Source: Octopus vulgaris (taxonomy: Eukaryota). From it: 64,000 nucleotides of DNA. The stretch spans positions 122,512,001-122,576,000 of the forward strand of contig OX597816.1 of the NCBI GenBank assembly GCA_951406725.2, given 5' to 3'. The notes beneath the pieces were generated by a model that worked only from the letters and a program-made list of their open reading frames with translations, did no database searches and was not told the origin of the DNA. The number at the start of each line of letters is the position of its first letter. Position 1 is the stretch's first letter. Positions 41,446 through 55,719 of the stretch are shown piece after piece. Made by a program: the position numbers and the translations under genes.

Positions 41446-42774
41446 GTGAATGTTTGTGTATGCAAATATATGTGCATGCATATAAGCACACACACAAAGA
41501 TAGTTTTAGATATATGAATAAATGGACAGACAGATGAATGAGTATTGTTCTATATCAACTTATGACGATACTTGCATCAGTATAAGTTATAGACAGAGTA
41601 CACAGCATTAGAAAATGATGAAATTACAAGTGGCTTATATTTGTTAAACGCAATAAAGACATAGATGAAGAAAGAAAAGATCGATACTGGAATATAAAAG
41701 TCATACGTAAGTTGTCCCAATACACTGATTTTCTAGAATCAAGGTTTAAAGACAAATATTGTGTATAATTACAACGTATGCTATTATACTTGGCTCTGTC
41801 ATCTCCGAAATGATATAGAAAAGTGAGAGCAAAATAAATACAAATTTTCTCTGCAAGTCCATTAAATTATCTCCTTTAAATCCTTTAAAGTGCACAAACA
41901 TAACGTCTTTCATTTAGTATCGAAAATAAACAAGTAGAAACTAACGTCGGCGTTCACTATACATGCTATACAAACGTAATATGCTGTCGGCTCATTAAAA
42001 CTTCATAATTGAAAACTTATTGCTGTAATAGTATTAAGTTCTGAATAAAGGCATTATTTTACATGTAAAGTATATTATAATGATGAGTTCCGTATATCAA
42101 ATTGACATCAAGACTTATTCTACCACCCTTTTTCACGATTCCGCTAGATTATGAGGACATAAACAGCACTGGTTATCAATCGGCGAGAGACAGCCACAAC
42201 TACAAAGACGCACACACAACTATATGCTGGACGTAACAAGGAGAGCCCAAGGTGTTCTCTTGGGGGTGGTCGTTATCTAATGGACGTTATGCTCAAATTT
42301 TGAACATTATAAATACCTAAACTTTGGTTATGTATTCCACACTTTCCTCAATAAACATGTTTGTTACAGCCCTAGTTATTGCGCTTAAACCGGGTCCTAT
42401 CCTCATAAGACGCAGTACGCAGGTAATTACTTTCAGAGTTAAAAACGAGCTGCTCAACCAGTAAATCGTTTTTTAAGTAATATTTACACATAAATGAATA
42501 CTTTTAAAAAGTAAATCTTAATACATCCGGAGGCACACAACTGTCTATGTAATGTAGAGAACAAACAATATTCAAAAATAGTCAAGTAATTAAACATTTA
42601 AGCTGCAATATAATTCAAAAGACGTTACATATTAGTTTACAAAATGGATTGAGACACGAATGTAATTATTCAGGCCACTCATCTTTATTGTAATTTCAGA
42701 CCCACTGCATTATCCCACTAACAGTAAAGCAAGAAAAAATACCACACACACGCACCCTCACATATATTGTATCT

Positions 42775-42960
42775 TTTATCGGTATCAGTCATTAGAATGC
42801 AGCCATGCCGGAGCATCACCTGGAGACACCAGTGTTAGTCTTTTAAGCCTGGTGGTTATTCTCTCTGTCTCTTTTTGTCAAATTACCGGTACCTGAACAC
42901 ACCAATACCAGTTGTCAAGCGGTTGTGGGGGAGAAACACACACACAAGGACACACACGCG
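42775..42960 (-). mobile_element. Decayed SINE family B tail
   Basis: cagtcatt..gcagccatgccggagcatc..gttgtcaagcg. Confidence 0.6.
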
Positions 42961-43049
42961 CAAACACACACGCAAACACACACGCACGTACACACACACA
43001 TACATGACACACAGGCATGCACACATACGCAAGCCGTCCAAGTACGAAT

Positions 43050-44032
43050 TAAATCTAGTACCGTCGTTGACCCATCACCCTATCCAAATAGTAGGGCGAA
43101 GTGCCGCTGAAAAGCGGCGCACATCTGTTCGGAGCCAGGTTGCACGCGCTCATTCCGATCTGTCAAAGACCTAATCGTGGTTTTGTTTCCGCGTCGCGAT
43201 TCCACCGTTCGATCCCATCGGACAGCTTTACTTCCATCCTGCTTGAGTGCATGGGCCTTAGCTCTAACAAAGCAATCTTCGTGTTTCCCTTCGAGGAAAT
43301 GGTCAAGGGTCATTCTCACAGCCAACACATCGTTCGCAATGCCCTTTTTAATTGCCTCTTCTAATTTGCTAATTAGTTCACTCTCTAACCTATTCCTTTT
43401 AGTTGCTAACTCTTTGCTAAACTCTATCGATTCTACTTTAATCGCCCTCATCTGAGCGTCCCAACACCGTTTGTTGACGATTGTCTTGTCAACTGCCGCT
43501 TAACTAGTTCACTAATCCGGTCCTGTGCCGGAGAGGACGAGTTTAGCTTCCAGTAACCGGATCCCTGTCTACGGGTCTTATCTAACTCGACTGTACAGAT
43601 CACAAACTTGTGGTCTATGTCGCCGACCAATTTAAATTATGAAACACCTACACTATCCTTATCCCCTAACCTAACAAATACTCTATCCAGATACGATCTG
43701 GATGACCCATTGTGGTTGCTCGATGTCAACACTGGCACATCAGGGAAATCCAGCCAATAACTATTAGACAATTGGAAGTCTCTGAGTAGGTTTTCGAGGC
43801 TTTTGCATCTCCTTCTTCTATGTCCTAGCCCCACACATTCCTTCTGTGCGTCCAAATTCCCATTCCACTCCCCTACTAGTACTAAACTGCGAGGCGTTCT
43901 CAGGAATGTTTCTAGACGCCTGAAGAATTGTGGCCTTCCAGCCCCTGTAGGAGCATACATGACAAGCAGTCTAAGGGCGCCACCTCCACGACCATTCACA
44001 TCTAGGACCATCAACCTGCCGCCTGGGTCCAT
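43050..44032 (-). pseudogene. Tx1/L1-type LINE ORF2 fragment: APE endonuclease and linker, no RT
   Basis: GRLMVLDV, MYAPT, LVGEWN, SYLDRVFV, DHK, GYWKLNSS motifs; stops and frameshifts. Confidence 0.88.
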
Positions 44033-44071
44033 GGGGAGTTTTCAACAGAAGTTCGTCGAACCCTACTTTTT

Positions 44072-45370
44072 TCAATGAATATTTGTGTTTTTCCCTACTT
44101 CTCGTATCAGCTTGCCGTTGCTCTTGCGAACGACTGTGAAACTGATGAGGTGTTCGTGTTCTCTAATAAGTTGTACGAGTTGTTCTTGTGATTGTTGTTT
44201 CTCTTCGTGTATTTGTTTCTGTTGTGGTGTTGTTTGTAGTTGTGGTTGTGGTTGAATGAGTGTACATTGCTTTTGTTGTTGAGATTTGGGTGAATGTGTC
44301 TGTGTTGTTGTTAGTGTAGCTGATGGATTAGGCGAATTTTCCTTATCCTGTCTTTTCACTTTCAGCTTAGGACGGTCTTTTCTTGAACCATTTTCCCCCT
44401 TTCCCTTAACACAAGACCTTCTCGGGAGATTCAATTCTTCCTCGTCTCATGATAATGCTTCTGAATCGCCAGTGTCGGGAGTATCTGGTGTATCTGTATC
44501 GCCCGTCTGTAGAGATGGTCGGGCGTTGCTTGTTTCCACCGTTACAGCTGTTGGTTCCATTGTGGTGGTGGGATTCTGCTGTTGAAGATGTTACTTTAAT
44601 GGTGTTGCTACATTGATTGTTGTTGTATCTTTTGACCTTCTTGTGGTGGTAGGGGTCGCGGTGGTAGCAGTACCGCCGTTCCTCGAGCTCCATTTTGTTG
44701 TTGTTTTGGACAGAGGGCCATCAGATGTGTGTTAGACTCAGAAGTTTGACAACTTTGTTTTCTACCTTCTACCACAACTTGGAGTTGTGTTCCGTTGGGC
44801 AGCTCAATAAGGTCGGAGACGTTATCCAGGGATTCCGGTTTTACCTGTATCAAAATCTCCAACTCGATTCCGGACCAGTTCTTCCGATATTCGGCTACTG
44901 CTAAGCAACCTACCACCAAATGTCTAATTCTGGTGGCACATCTGATATTTTAACTTTCACTACCCACCGTCCGAGGTATGTGGGAAGGAAAAGAAGATCC
45001 TCGTGTTCGTACTGGACCATTGAGTGTTTTTGGGCCAGTGCCTCCATTAGGAACCTCACTCCCACAGAATCATATTGTCTGCCTCGTGTGAGGAATTCAA
45101 TATCAGTCCGAATGCCCTTTGAGCATTTTTCGACATGGATGTGTGGCGCATTGAAAATTTTCCTCGTCTTTAGCGACACGCATCTCTATATGATGGTCTT
45201 TCTGGCCGTCTTCTCCATGAAGTCTGAAAGGATAATAATGATTTGCTCTGATGCAGTACCAAGCAATGGCTCTCAGGTTTCTGATTTCAACGGATTCGAA
45301 GTGTTACAATGTACATTGTTTTGTCTTGGTATAAAAGATGGGCTACAGCAAATATTCTGCTCAATACTAT
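44072..45370 (-). pseudogene. Probable LINE ORF1 (gag-like) remnant upstream of the endonuclease
   Basis: Chained minus-strand ORFs; KVKISDVPPE, VVVEGRKQSCQTSESNTHLMALCP (degenerate CCHC knuckle), T/Q-rich C-terminus. Confidence 0.65.
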
Positions 45371-45506
45371 AGATTTGGTTGTCAGTTGTCTAACCTTAAC
45401 CGGTTGAGCATGTCCTTTGGTGGCTGACGATATGTGCATCTCTTATCACATGCAGAGGTAGTGGACGAGAATCAGAGCCATGTGTTGAGAAGTATTCTTC
45501 GGGGTT

Positions 45507-45569
<63 letters not shown>

Positions 45570-45570
<1 letters not shown>

Positions 45571-45930
45571 GAAATTCAAAAAATAGTGTCCACGAGAACT
45601 GCCCCTATCCTACGTAAAATATTGTCTATGTAATCTCACAAATATTTTAACCCACAAAACTGTCAAAATACTTTTAAATGTACATAACAGAAAACACCTG
45701 TTACTGTCATCTTAACAGCAGACTATCATCTTATAATCAAATTACTTTTAAAGCAAACTTCTAATTTACTTACGTTTTGACAGACATTCTCAAGAACAAT
45801 ACTCTGTGCAAAACCAAATATATGGCACCTTAGTCATTACAAGAACTTGAACTTCTAACTTGTCTCTTGAGGTCTCTGGGTGAGACTTAGAGTCATCTTG
45901 TACAAATACAAAACAAAAACCAAACATATA
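45570..45930 (+). mobile_element. R4/Dong-like 3' end in (TAA)n
   Basis: EIQKIVSTRTAPILRKILSM* then 3' UTR ending in taataataa. Confidence 0.7.
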
Positions 45931-45939
45931 ATAATAATA

Positions 45940-46094
45940 GTTAACTCCAGAAAGGTCTCATTAGGAAAAGCAAGCTCCAGAAAACAGTGTTATTAGGGAC
46001 AGCTAATATACTTAGGAGGGTTCTTGGTATCTAAGGCTACTTGTTGTTGCCCGATGTTAGGATTATTTTCTTTTCCAACAGTCTAATCTGTTGA
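45940..46094 (+). mobile_element. Second, different R4/Dong-like 3' end
   Basis: LQKTVLLGTANILRRVLGI*. Confidence 0.75.
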
Positions 46095-46429
46095 GTGTAG
46101 GCTCAGTGGTTAGAGCGTCGAGCTTACCATCGTGAGGTTGTGAGCTCGAATCCCGGACCGGGCTGCGTGTTGTGTTCTCGAGCAAGGCACTTTATTTCAC
46201 GTTGCTCCAGTTCACTCAGCTGTAGAAATGAGTTGCGACGTCACAGGTGCCAAGCTGTATCGACCTTTGTCTTTCCCTTGGATAACACTGGTGGCGTGGA
46301 GAGGGGAGGCTGGTATGCATGGGCGACTGCTAGCCTTCCATAAACAACCTTGCCCGGACTTGTGTCTAGGAGGGTAACTTTCTAGGTGCAATCCCATGGT
46401 CATTCATGACCGAAGGAGGTCTTTACCCT
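46095..46429 (+). mobile_element. SINE family C (tRNA-derived), full-length
   Basis: A-box ggctcagtggttagagc, B-box gagctcgaatccc, central gtgttgtgttctcgagcaaggcactt domain. Confidence 0.85.
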
Positions 46430-46508
46430 TTTATATGAAAATAATAATAATAATGATAATAATAATAACGCTAATGCTAATGATAATAATAATAATAATA
46501 ATAATGAC

Positions 46509-46559
<51 letters not shown>

Positions 46560-46719
46560 AAACAAAACAATACAATACAATGTGTAGTTTGTCCATTATG
46601 TTAAAGGAAAATTATATTTGTATATGTATAGCTGTATGTAAATTTACATGCACGTTGGGCGAGTTAGTCTCGCTTATGTAACTAGACACATATTATGAAA
46701 CAGCTGTAATTGGGTTAAT

Positions 46720-46751
<32 letters not shown>

Positions 46752-46767
46752 TGTATGTATGTATCTA

Positions 46768-46798
<31 letters not shown>

Positions 46799-47313
46799 GC
46801 CCGTATGTCTGTCTATCTACCTGAAGTCTGTCTGGCATATATGTGTATATGCGCGAATGTGTACATACAGCTATGTATTGAGAGTACATCTATGTTCCAG
46901 GGTGGTTTTCTTGTAGTATTTTTGCATCAGTTTTACTCAGACATAATTACAATATAAAGATATTAATAATCGATTTGGGACTATACTGTTCTAAATAAAC
47001 TGTGACAAACACTGCTTATCTATCTTATTTTTTCTCCCTACACGCACAGAGTCACACAGACATACATACACACATGTCATTTATATACTGATATATATAT
47101 ATATATATATATATATGAATATTCAAATAAATATAGATATATACAAATACATATGCGCATGTATACATAAACGTATATGCTGTATACACACACATATTTA
47201 TACACACGTAGATACACATGTACATTTATAAATTCTTACATAAACACAAACATACAACCTATCTATCTATTCATTTATCTATGTATCTATCTGCCTGCCT
47301 TTCTGTATCTCTG

Positions 47314-47314
<1 letters not shown>

Positions 47315-47402
<88 letters not shown>

Positions 47403-47421
47403 TTGTCTGTATGTATGTCTC

Positions 47422-47494
<73 letters not shown>
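47315..47494. repeat. (TATC)n microsatellite
   Basis: Direct inspection. Confidence 0.96.
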
Positions 47495-47495
<1 letters not shown>

Positions 47496-47599
47496 GTATG
47501 AATGACGAAGCCACCTTGAGGATGATTCTATGAACCCAGAAATTGAAAACAGAGAGTTGCTTATTCGCAAAAAAAAAAAAAAGAAAAAAAAGAAATATA

Positions 47600-47937
47600 A
47601 CATGTGACTCCATTGACCGAGGTTACCGTGATCTTTTCCGTAGGCTTTTCTTTCCACGGGTAAACCTCACCTGTCCTCCCCTTTACACTTCATATTGACA
47701 TTTCTGTGATAACGATCCCTATTGATCAATTTTTTAATTTTAATTTTATTTTTTTAAATTTTTTTTTCCTCTCCCCCTTTTTTTTAATCCCCCTTTTTTT
47801 GTCCTCTTTCTCTCCTTTTACGATCCCTTTTGATCGAAACTCCCCCTTCCTTTTTTTTTTTTAAACCTTCAAAAGAAAAGCTCTACCTTGTAATTTGTTC
47901 TATCTGTGTGCAGCCCTGTGTGGCTAATAAAGAAACA
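47600..47937 (+). mobile_element. Probable LINE 3' UTR ending in AATAAA before (ATCT)n
   Basis: Pyrimidine-rich tract, repeated cgatccc..ttgatc, gtggctaataaagaaac end. Confidence 0.4.
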
Positions 47938-48220
47938 TATCTATCTATCTATCTAGCTAGCTAGCTAAATGTCGTGATTTCAATCCCCAGACTGAGCTAT
48001 GCTTTGTCTTCTTGAGAAAAATACTTAATCTCGCGTTACTCTGCGATCACTTCGACACCTGACGTGTGGTACAACTTGCAGCTGTTCATTCAACGTCAAT
48101 CAAATGAAGGAATTGAGATATTTGTGGCACAAACATTTGATCACCAGAAACAAATCATTTGTGCAGGTCGTTTGGCAAGTGCTGAATGCTCATACGTTGT
48201 TTTCGACGGGAGAGGCCATC

Positions 48221-48271
<51 letters not shown>

Positions 48272-48869
48272 ACCCAGAGAGAGAGGGGGTGCGTGAGATG
48301 AAAATGAGTAAATGGAAAAAAAGAAAGAAAGGAAAAAGAATGAGAGAGAGAGAGAGAGTAGAATGTCGTACATTAAGCACTATTCGTGAATTGGGATGAT
48401 TTATATATCTCGGTAGACGTATCTTGCAATTCTTCTGAGATATTGGATATTTTGTCGACTCCAAGTTATATGTTTATGTATTCGGAAAATATAATGAATG
48501 GGGGACTGATTGTAATCGAGAGATTTTAGTGATTATTCGTGCAGAGGTGTCGTAAGGACATTGACTATGATGGATTTGATGATATCGTGGGTTTGATTTA
48601 TTTTAAGTTGAAGGGTTGTTGCTAGCCTTTGTGTTGTGAGTGTTTGGCAATGTGACATGTAGGAGTTTTCGCGGAACAGTTGTTTGTGTAAATAATACGG
48701 TGTGCTAAAGAAAGGGTTTTGTAAATCATGTAATCAGTGTTAAAGTGTTGGTTGAGTAAGATGCAAAAGGGTTTGACAATAATTTATTTAATAAATGGCC
48801 ATATTCACAGTAATATTACATGTGTACCTATGAAGAGTCTATAAACAACATTAATGACTTGTATGTGTG

Positions 48870-49412
48870 CAGTATTTCGTTATGCAACCAAGATATGCAA
48901 CTATAAACGCCCCCCGTCCAATGTCGAACATTTAAACCAAATTTTCTCAAAACAACTTGTCCGACAGTCGCATAGGCCGCCCCTTTAAGGAACACTGATT
49001 TAATCTAAATTTGAGACACCAGGAAAAAAAGAAATAAAGATAGACTTTTCCTATTCCAAAGAAAAACGATTTTATTCACACAAATATGCAACCAAAGAGT
49101 TTAAAGTACCAGTAATGATAAGGCTGTTGACTGGGAGAACACAAACATGGTTTAAACAGTAAGCTTGGCAAGAAAGAAACGTGCCTTTAAGCAGTACAAA
49201 AACAACAAAAAAATGGAAGGTGCAGTTATGTACAGGTTGATGGAAGAAAATCACGTTTCCATGGCTTTCTCCATCGCATTCTGTAATTTTTTCAAAACCT
49301 ATACACGCCGTGATACCGTCGATATCTAAATATCAAATTTGAGCGCAATCGGATGGACGATGCCCGATATCCTAGAAGACACACACACAGGCAGAGCGGA
49401 TTTTATATAAGA
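48870..49412. mobile_element. Possible Helitron/Helentron-like non-autonomous relic
   Basis: End caaatttgagcgcaatcggatg..ctagaagacacac..ttttatata resembles such termini; weak. Confidence 0.3.
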
Positions 49413-49708
49413 GATATTAAGCGTTTTACCTGTTTCTCATCTTCGATCGCATTGTTAACTTAAATCTGACGTCGCGTATACGAAACGTCGTAGTAAATAT
49501 CAGTGCTGGCTATAATTTCTACATAATATCTATTGAGATAACCTTCACAGAAAGTACAAATGGAAAATAAATAAATATGGTTATATTTACACTTAAAACT
49601 AGCAAAAAAATAGAGGTAGACTCATATTTAGTTGGACATTAAGTACTTGTTGCTAACCATATGAACACAACTGTCAAGTGTATGTAGGTATCAGTGTGTG
49701 TGCGTGTG

Positions 49709-49746
<38 letters not shown>

Positions 49747-49946
49747 TGTATGTGTGTTAACAGTCGGTCAAGAAGATTGCTCAGTACCATAGCAGAGATT
49801 AATGTATTCTATTTTGGTAGAGACAGTTATTTGCTACTCTGTGTTTTATCTATGGGTGCACAGAATCTTCTGGTATAAACTAGCCTGAAAATCCTGTGTA
49901 TCCGCAGCTAAATCTGGAAGAAGTAAGAAGAAAGTGACTCGGCCAA

Positions 49947-50012
<66 letters not shown>

Positions 50013-50015
<3 letters not shown>

Positions 50016-50186
50016 CACATATAACATACAGAAAATTGCACTACTGGGCACTGCACACATCCTACACAAAACACTTTCAATACAGTAACCATCAGAGCAT
50101 TACAACAAATCACAGCACATACCCAAGGTACACAGAGCTGCGCTCGGTAGTGAAGTGAAAGCACGCTATAAAAATAAAACTACTGA
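50013..50186 (+). mobile_element. R4/Dong-like 3' end flanked by (TAA)n on both sides
   Basis: YNIQKIALLGTAHILHKTLSIQ* plus short UTR. Confidence 0.82.
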
Positions 50187-50205
50187 ATAATAATAATAAA
50201 AATAT

Positions 50206-50239
<34 letters not shown>

Positions 50240-50260
50240 TTAAAATTAAAAATATTATAT

Positions 50261-50753
<493 letters not shown>

Positions 50754-50758
50754 ATATA

Positions 50759-50809
<51 letters not shown>

Positions 50810-51506
50810 CCTATGTAAAACGGATAAACAGGGATAACTTAGATATTTCTCTGCTTAATGGGAAATAAAAAGGATGAACAACCTTCATTGATTTTCGAAC
50901 CTCCACGAGTTTTCATCAGAAGTCTCTATATCAAACTGTCTAATCCCAGGAGAACGAGTAACCAATCTGTTTATATACTTAAGAATCCTAATGGTTGCAG
51001 ATAACTGGCGCTACTAATTTGCAATACCGAAAATGTTTACACTTTATTTCCTATCATAGGCCTCTCAGCGTGGTTCTCAAACATATAGCATCAAAATACG
51101 ATAGGTAATCTGTGTAGTAGATATATAAACATTTAGCTAGTTTCTGTACACAGGTACTTATATAAAGGAATATATATGGTGCGTGTGTGCGCATGTATGT
51201 GTGTGCGTTTGTGTGTGTGTGTGTTTAATTTCCTTGCAGACTTTCCACAAAGGTCAGCTTAAATTGTATCACAAGACATTTGTCTTGGCAGCCGAAATAT
51301 TTCAAACTGTCAGAGAATTTTGGTTCACGTCTAGTAATGGCGACTGCTATAAGGTTGTCTGAATACAATGAAATTATAAAACAATAAATTTGGCATAGAA
51401 ATATATCAGTAAGCTTATAGAAATCAATAAGAACACCTTACATTCTGCAAAACGTGTCAGTAATTAAAGAGAGAAATTCTTCCCAAGAAAAAGAACATTA
51501 TTATTA

Positions 51507-51601
<95 letters not shown>

Positions 51602-51629
51602 CAACGTCATCATCATCATTGTTGTTGTT

Positions 51630-51755
51630 CTCAGTTCAAATACTGCCGGGGTCGACTTTGCTTTCATTTTTGGGGTGGGATCGATAAATAATTACTAGAT
51701 GTAATCGACTTGCATCCTTTCCCACAATTTCTGGCCTTGTGCCAAAATTTTAAAC
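51630..51755 (+). mobile_element. SINE family A fragment between (ATT)n tracts
   Basis: agttcaaatactgccggggtcgactttgctttcat..gccttgtgccaaaattt. Confidence 0.7.
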
Positions 51756-51775
51756 CGTTATTATTATTATTATTA

Positions 51776-51857
<82 letters not shown>

Positions 51858-52230
51858 CATGATAGACGGTATACAATATAGGTTGTTGATTGAAGATGTG
51901 TCTACGGGGGTTTGTACTGTTAGTCAAGTCGCAACAAGGACCTCATACAGACAGAACTTCACGCTGTATGCTTGCTGTTCCCAGTAACGCAGACTTTTGC
52001 AATACACCAAGATTTCTAAAGCTTTCAGATGTTTTTACACATTGGTCTGTTTTGAACCCAATGACTTTCATACCTGCCACATCTTAGCGATCTCAATTCT
52101 CAGGTCTCCATATTTATCAGCCTTTTCTCTTTCTTCCATGATGATATGTTGATCTCTTGGCACTGCCACGTCAATTAATAGGTACTCCTGTTTGTCCCTT
52201 CTAAAGTTTACTACATTTGGCCTTCGGTGC
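51858..52230 (-). mobile_element. 5'-truncated R4/Dong-like element (RLE and 3' UTR)
   Basis: HRRPNVV..LLIDVAVPRD..YGDLRIEIAKMW..LQKSALLGTASIQREVLSV*; ends in (TAA)n. Confidence 0.82.
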
Positions 52231-52249
52231 TATCATTATTATTATTATT

Positions 52250-53860
52250 ACTTTGCCACGCTATGTAGATGGAAGATGCAGCATTTTGTCACCTGTCAAG
52301 TCAAAACAAGGATCCGAGATAGACAATACTTGCTTTAAAATGTGCACAGTATGTAGCAAGTATGACACCAATATTGTACAATATTAGTAGCCGCTTTACT
52401 CAGTCTTCAAATTTCAATGAGATTGACCCTAATGCCCTGATCAAAACTGGCATGACTCTTACATTATTTTCTCGCATTGCAAAGAGTCTTGCCATCTCCA
52501 GTTTCAATTCGGAGTACATAGTGATCCTTTCCACTCTCTTTACTCGCAATATTTATGTCATATGGTATGGGTACATCAATGATCCGCCAAAATTCTTCTT
52601 TCTTCTTTGATACGGTAATGTCCGGTCGTTGATGCTCAATTTCTCTATCAATCTGAAAATCATAATACCAGAATATCGCTCTTTTCCCATCCTCCTACTA
52701 GGCTCATTCTCATGCAATTTCTCCATTACTTCGTATTGGTATTTACGACATAAACTCCGAATAAAGTACACACGGCGCTTGTATTATTTTTTTGTGCAAA
52801 GTTCTCAATTCCTTTTCACAGTCAGCATTTCTGGGTGTCAGAAGATTTGAAGATGTTATACTCCTCCGAATTGGTATCCAGCGCTTGGTCTTGTGCTTCA
52901 GTCATAAGGCTTCCAATGGTACATTTCTAATCGCTTTGCTTAAACCACGTCCATGATGTTGTTTTGTCCTTCATATCCTGTGTATTGCTTTCAAACAGTC
53001 CATGCTTTCTCATTTTCAGATAATCTTTCTTCTTCTCTTCTCTTTGATTAAACTCCTCCTTACCAGTTTCATCCACATTTATACCCACATCTTCCGTTTC
53101 AAGTTGCCACAGCTCTTCGTCTCCCTGCAAGCGTCTTACTTATAAGCTGGTCCATACTGGTGAGACCTCTGTCACCATTCTTTCTCTTCATGTGTTTATA
53201 TTTGCTTTAGAATGTAAAGCTCCCCACAATGTCAATGATTTTCTAATCTTTATGTCTAAGTTTGATATGTATTCATCGGTTCACATGAGAATAAACGCAC
53301 TATATCTAACCACTGCAAATATCCAGATATTTAAAGCAGTGACTAAATTTATCTAATTCAAGTAGGGTTTTAATTTTTTTTAAATGTCTCGTTAAGACTG
53401 AACCTTGTCTTTCACCTTTTCTGTCTTGTATGCAGGAAACTGGTACTAAGAGTGATTTGTTTTTAGGACGGCTCCTGTTTCTTACTCTACAACTGGTTTA
53501 ACCAGTTTAATGCTATTTCCATTCATCCAGCACTTTATATGGCTCTTATCCCAAATCCCGGTACCATCTTCTTTGCTTTCGGTCTTTACGCCTTAAAAGT
53601 TGCTTAAGCTTAGCCTAATATGCTATACACATCCCACTACCATAATATAATGCAGCCTTTTATATCATGAAGTTTTCACTTTCACAAACATATTGTTCAT
53701 GTCAACTGCGTTTTGGGGAAAATTGAAAGACAATAGTTTCAATCCGATAAGAAATCTGTCCAAGTTGGAAATCATGAGATCTTTCCTTCAAAGTAAATCA
53801 GAAACCTAATTTCTATCTTCTAACTCACGGGATACTCTCTGGGATACCTTCGTCTTGTAT
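52250..53860 (-). mobile_element. Longer decayed R4/Dong-like element (RT C-terminus to RLE)
   Basis: LNSINLVTALNIW..VRYS, KNGDRGL, KHGLF, AQDQALDT, LCRKY, YSELKLEMARL..V.PVLI.ALGSI; many stops. Confidence 0.8.
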
Positions 53861-54059
53861 TGTAGACTGATGTTATTTCTTACCATAAAACAATGGAGCT
53901 GTCCCCAAGAAACTTTAGATATTTTGTCATTAGATCTAGTTTATCCAAAACAGATAAACACACACATTCATACATTTATGATGTACGAGTGTACATACAT
54001 ACATACATACATACATACATACATACATACATACATACACACATACATACGTACGTACG

Positions 54060-54720
54060 GTTTTTCTGGCATGCCTGATAATGCGTATGTCCACGTCTTT
54101 GACGTCAGTATGAGCCCTAGCGAAGTTCAGTGCCTATCAAGAGAGCTCTCCCTCCAACACATACACTTTCACATAAATTGTAGTCCCACATATACACAGA
54201 CCTCCCCACACATACATTACACACCGCACACTAATATACAACCCCCACGACTTTATCTTTTACAGACAGAAAACAGGCCAACAGACCGACACAGCTATAT
54301 ATACCTACACCCCCGGTAAAAAATTATACATGACACCACTACACATACCATACATCCCATCCCCACAGGAGCACCACATTAATAATGCACTTTCCCCGCT
54401 TCAAGATAACTTTTGCCAGCTTCACAGCATACCCAACCAAGGGACCTAACCCCTAAACAAATACCCTGGCCTCTCTTTCGTTCCCCCACCTTTTTCATAG
54501 CAACTGCTGACCGGTTGTGCTAATCCACTCATGAAAATAGAGAGCAGTTGCCATATTCATTTCCATAGCGGCTGACTCTGATGAGTGTAAAGTTATATAA
54601 TCGGTCTGTTACATAACACTCCATTGTATTCTTTACGGGAAACCGACTGGCAAGCCCAGCCGTGATGGATATTTAATACTATACTGACAGATATACGAGT
54701 GCATCTTTTCCTTGACTCAT
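54060..54720 (+). mobile_element. Probable PLE-like relic with degenerate HHR motif
   Basis: CA-rich tract followed by CTGATGA(54578)-gtgtaaag..ctttac-gg-GAAAC(54643). Confidence 0.35.
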
Positions 54721-54929
54721 GGTCTCTTAGACGACTCATATATATATATGTATATATATATATATAAACTTGCTTAGAGAAGAAGAAACGAAACGAATCG
54801 AATCGAATCGACGCGAGGGCGCTCAGTCATACAATAGTGTAATAAATAAAATATATGCATACATACATACATATATGTACGTATCTACATCTACATGTAT
54901 ATATGCATGCATATATAAATATATATACG

Positions 54930-55430
54930 TGAGTACAGGACACCACAAATAGACGTAGAACTCAACGAGAAACGAAAACGTAAAAACAAGCATGGAACGG
55001 ACCTTTTTTTAATAACAAAAAAACAGAGTACAAGACAAACTACACAAGGAAAAAACCCCTTTATCAGCTGTCCCTAGTTCAACTCCAGCATGTTTCGAAG
55101 GTGAAGACAGAACACGACTCGTCGAACTAGTCCTTCCTGCGAAAGAATTAAATAAAATTCCTTTGCAGAGGGGTAAAAACAAGGAAGAAAATTGTGACAA
55201 AAACAGGACGTAAAAACAATACAATTAAAAACAAATACAAAATAAAAATACAATTACAAAATAATACAGTACGAGAAGGAATAAAAACAGGACAGGAAAA
55301 CAAACAATGAGGGCTTTTAAGCCTAGACGAGGAAAAATTCACGAGCGCAGGAAGAAACATGTTTACTTGAAAGAGGCCGCCAGCGAAAGGAAGTTCGTCG
55401 ACTCGGCTGTGAGAGAGATGAGGAGGAGTG
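54930..55430 (-). mobile_element. Probable PLE-like non-coding relic
   Basis: Same style as other elements here: T-rich minus strand with degenerate cgacga..cgaaac and ctgataa boxes, in TA-rich flanks. Confidence 0.35.
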
Positions 55431-55439
55431 ATATATATA

Positions 55440-55470
<31 letters not shown>

Positions 55471-55654
55471 GAAGAACATAATCTTTGTGGAGAATGGCGA
55501 TTTGACGTCTATATCTACCATGCTGACTGTCCACTTTTCGTGTTCAGTCCTTAATTGGTATATATAAATATTTTAATCTTCGGATTCTTTGTAATATGCT
55601 AGACCACTGGTTTTAATTGACTAATATCAATTTCTACCCTTAATTAATTTTATA

Positions 55655-55719
<65 letters not shown>

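Noticed and set aside
46095-46165. tRNA-like sequence
   Set aside because: SINE head running into a SINE body; no complete acceptor stem
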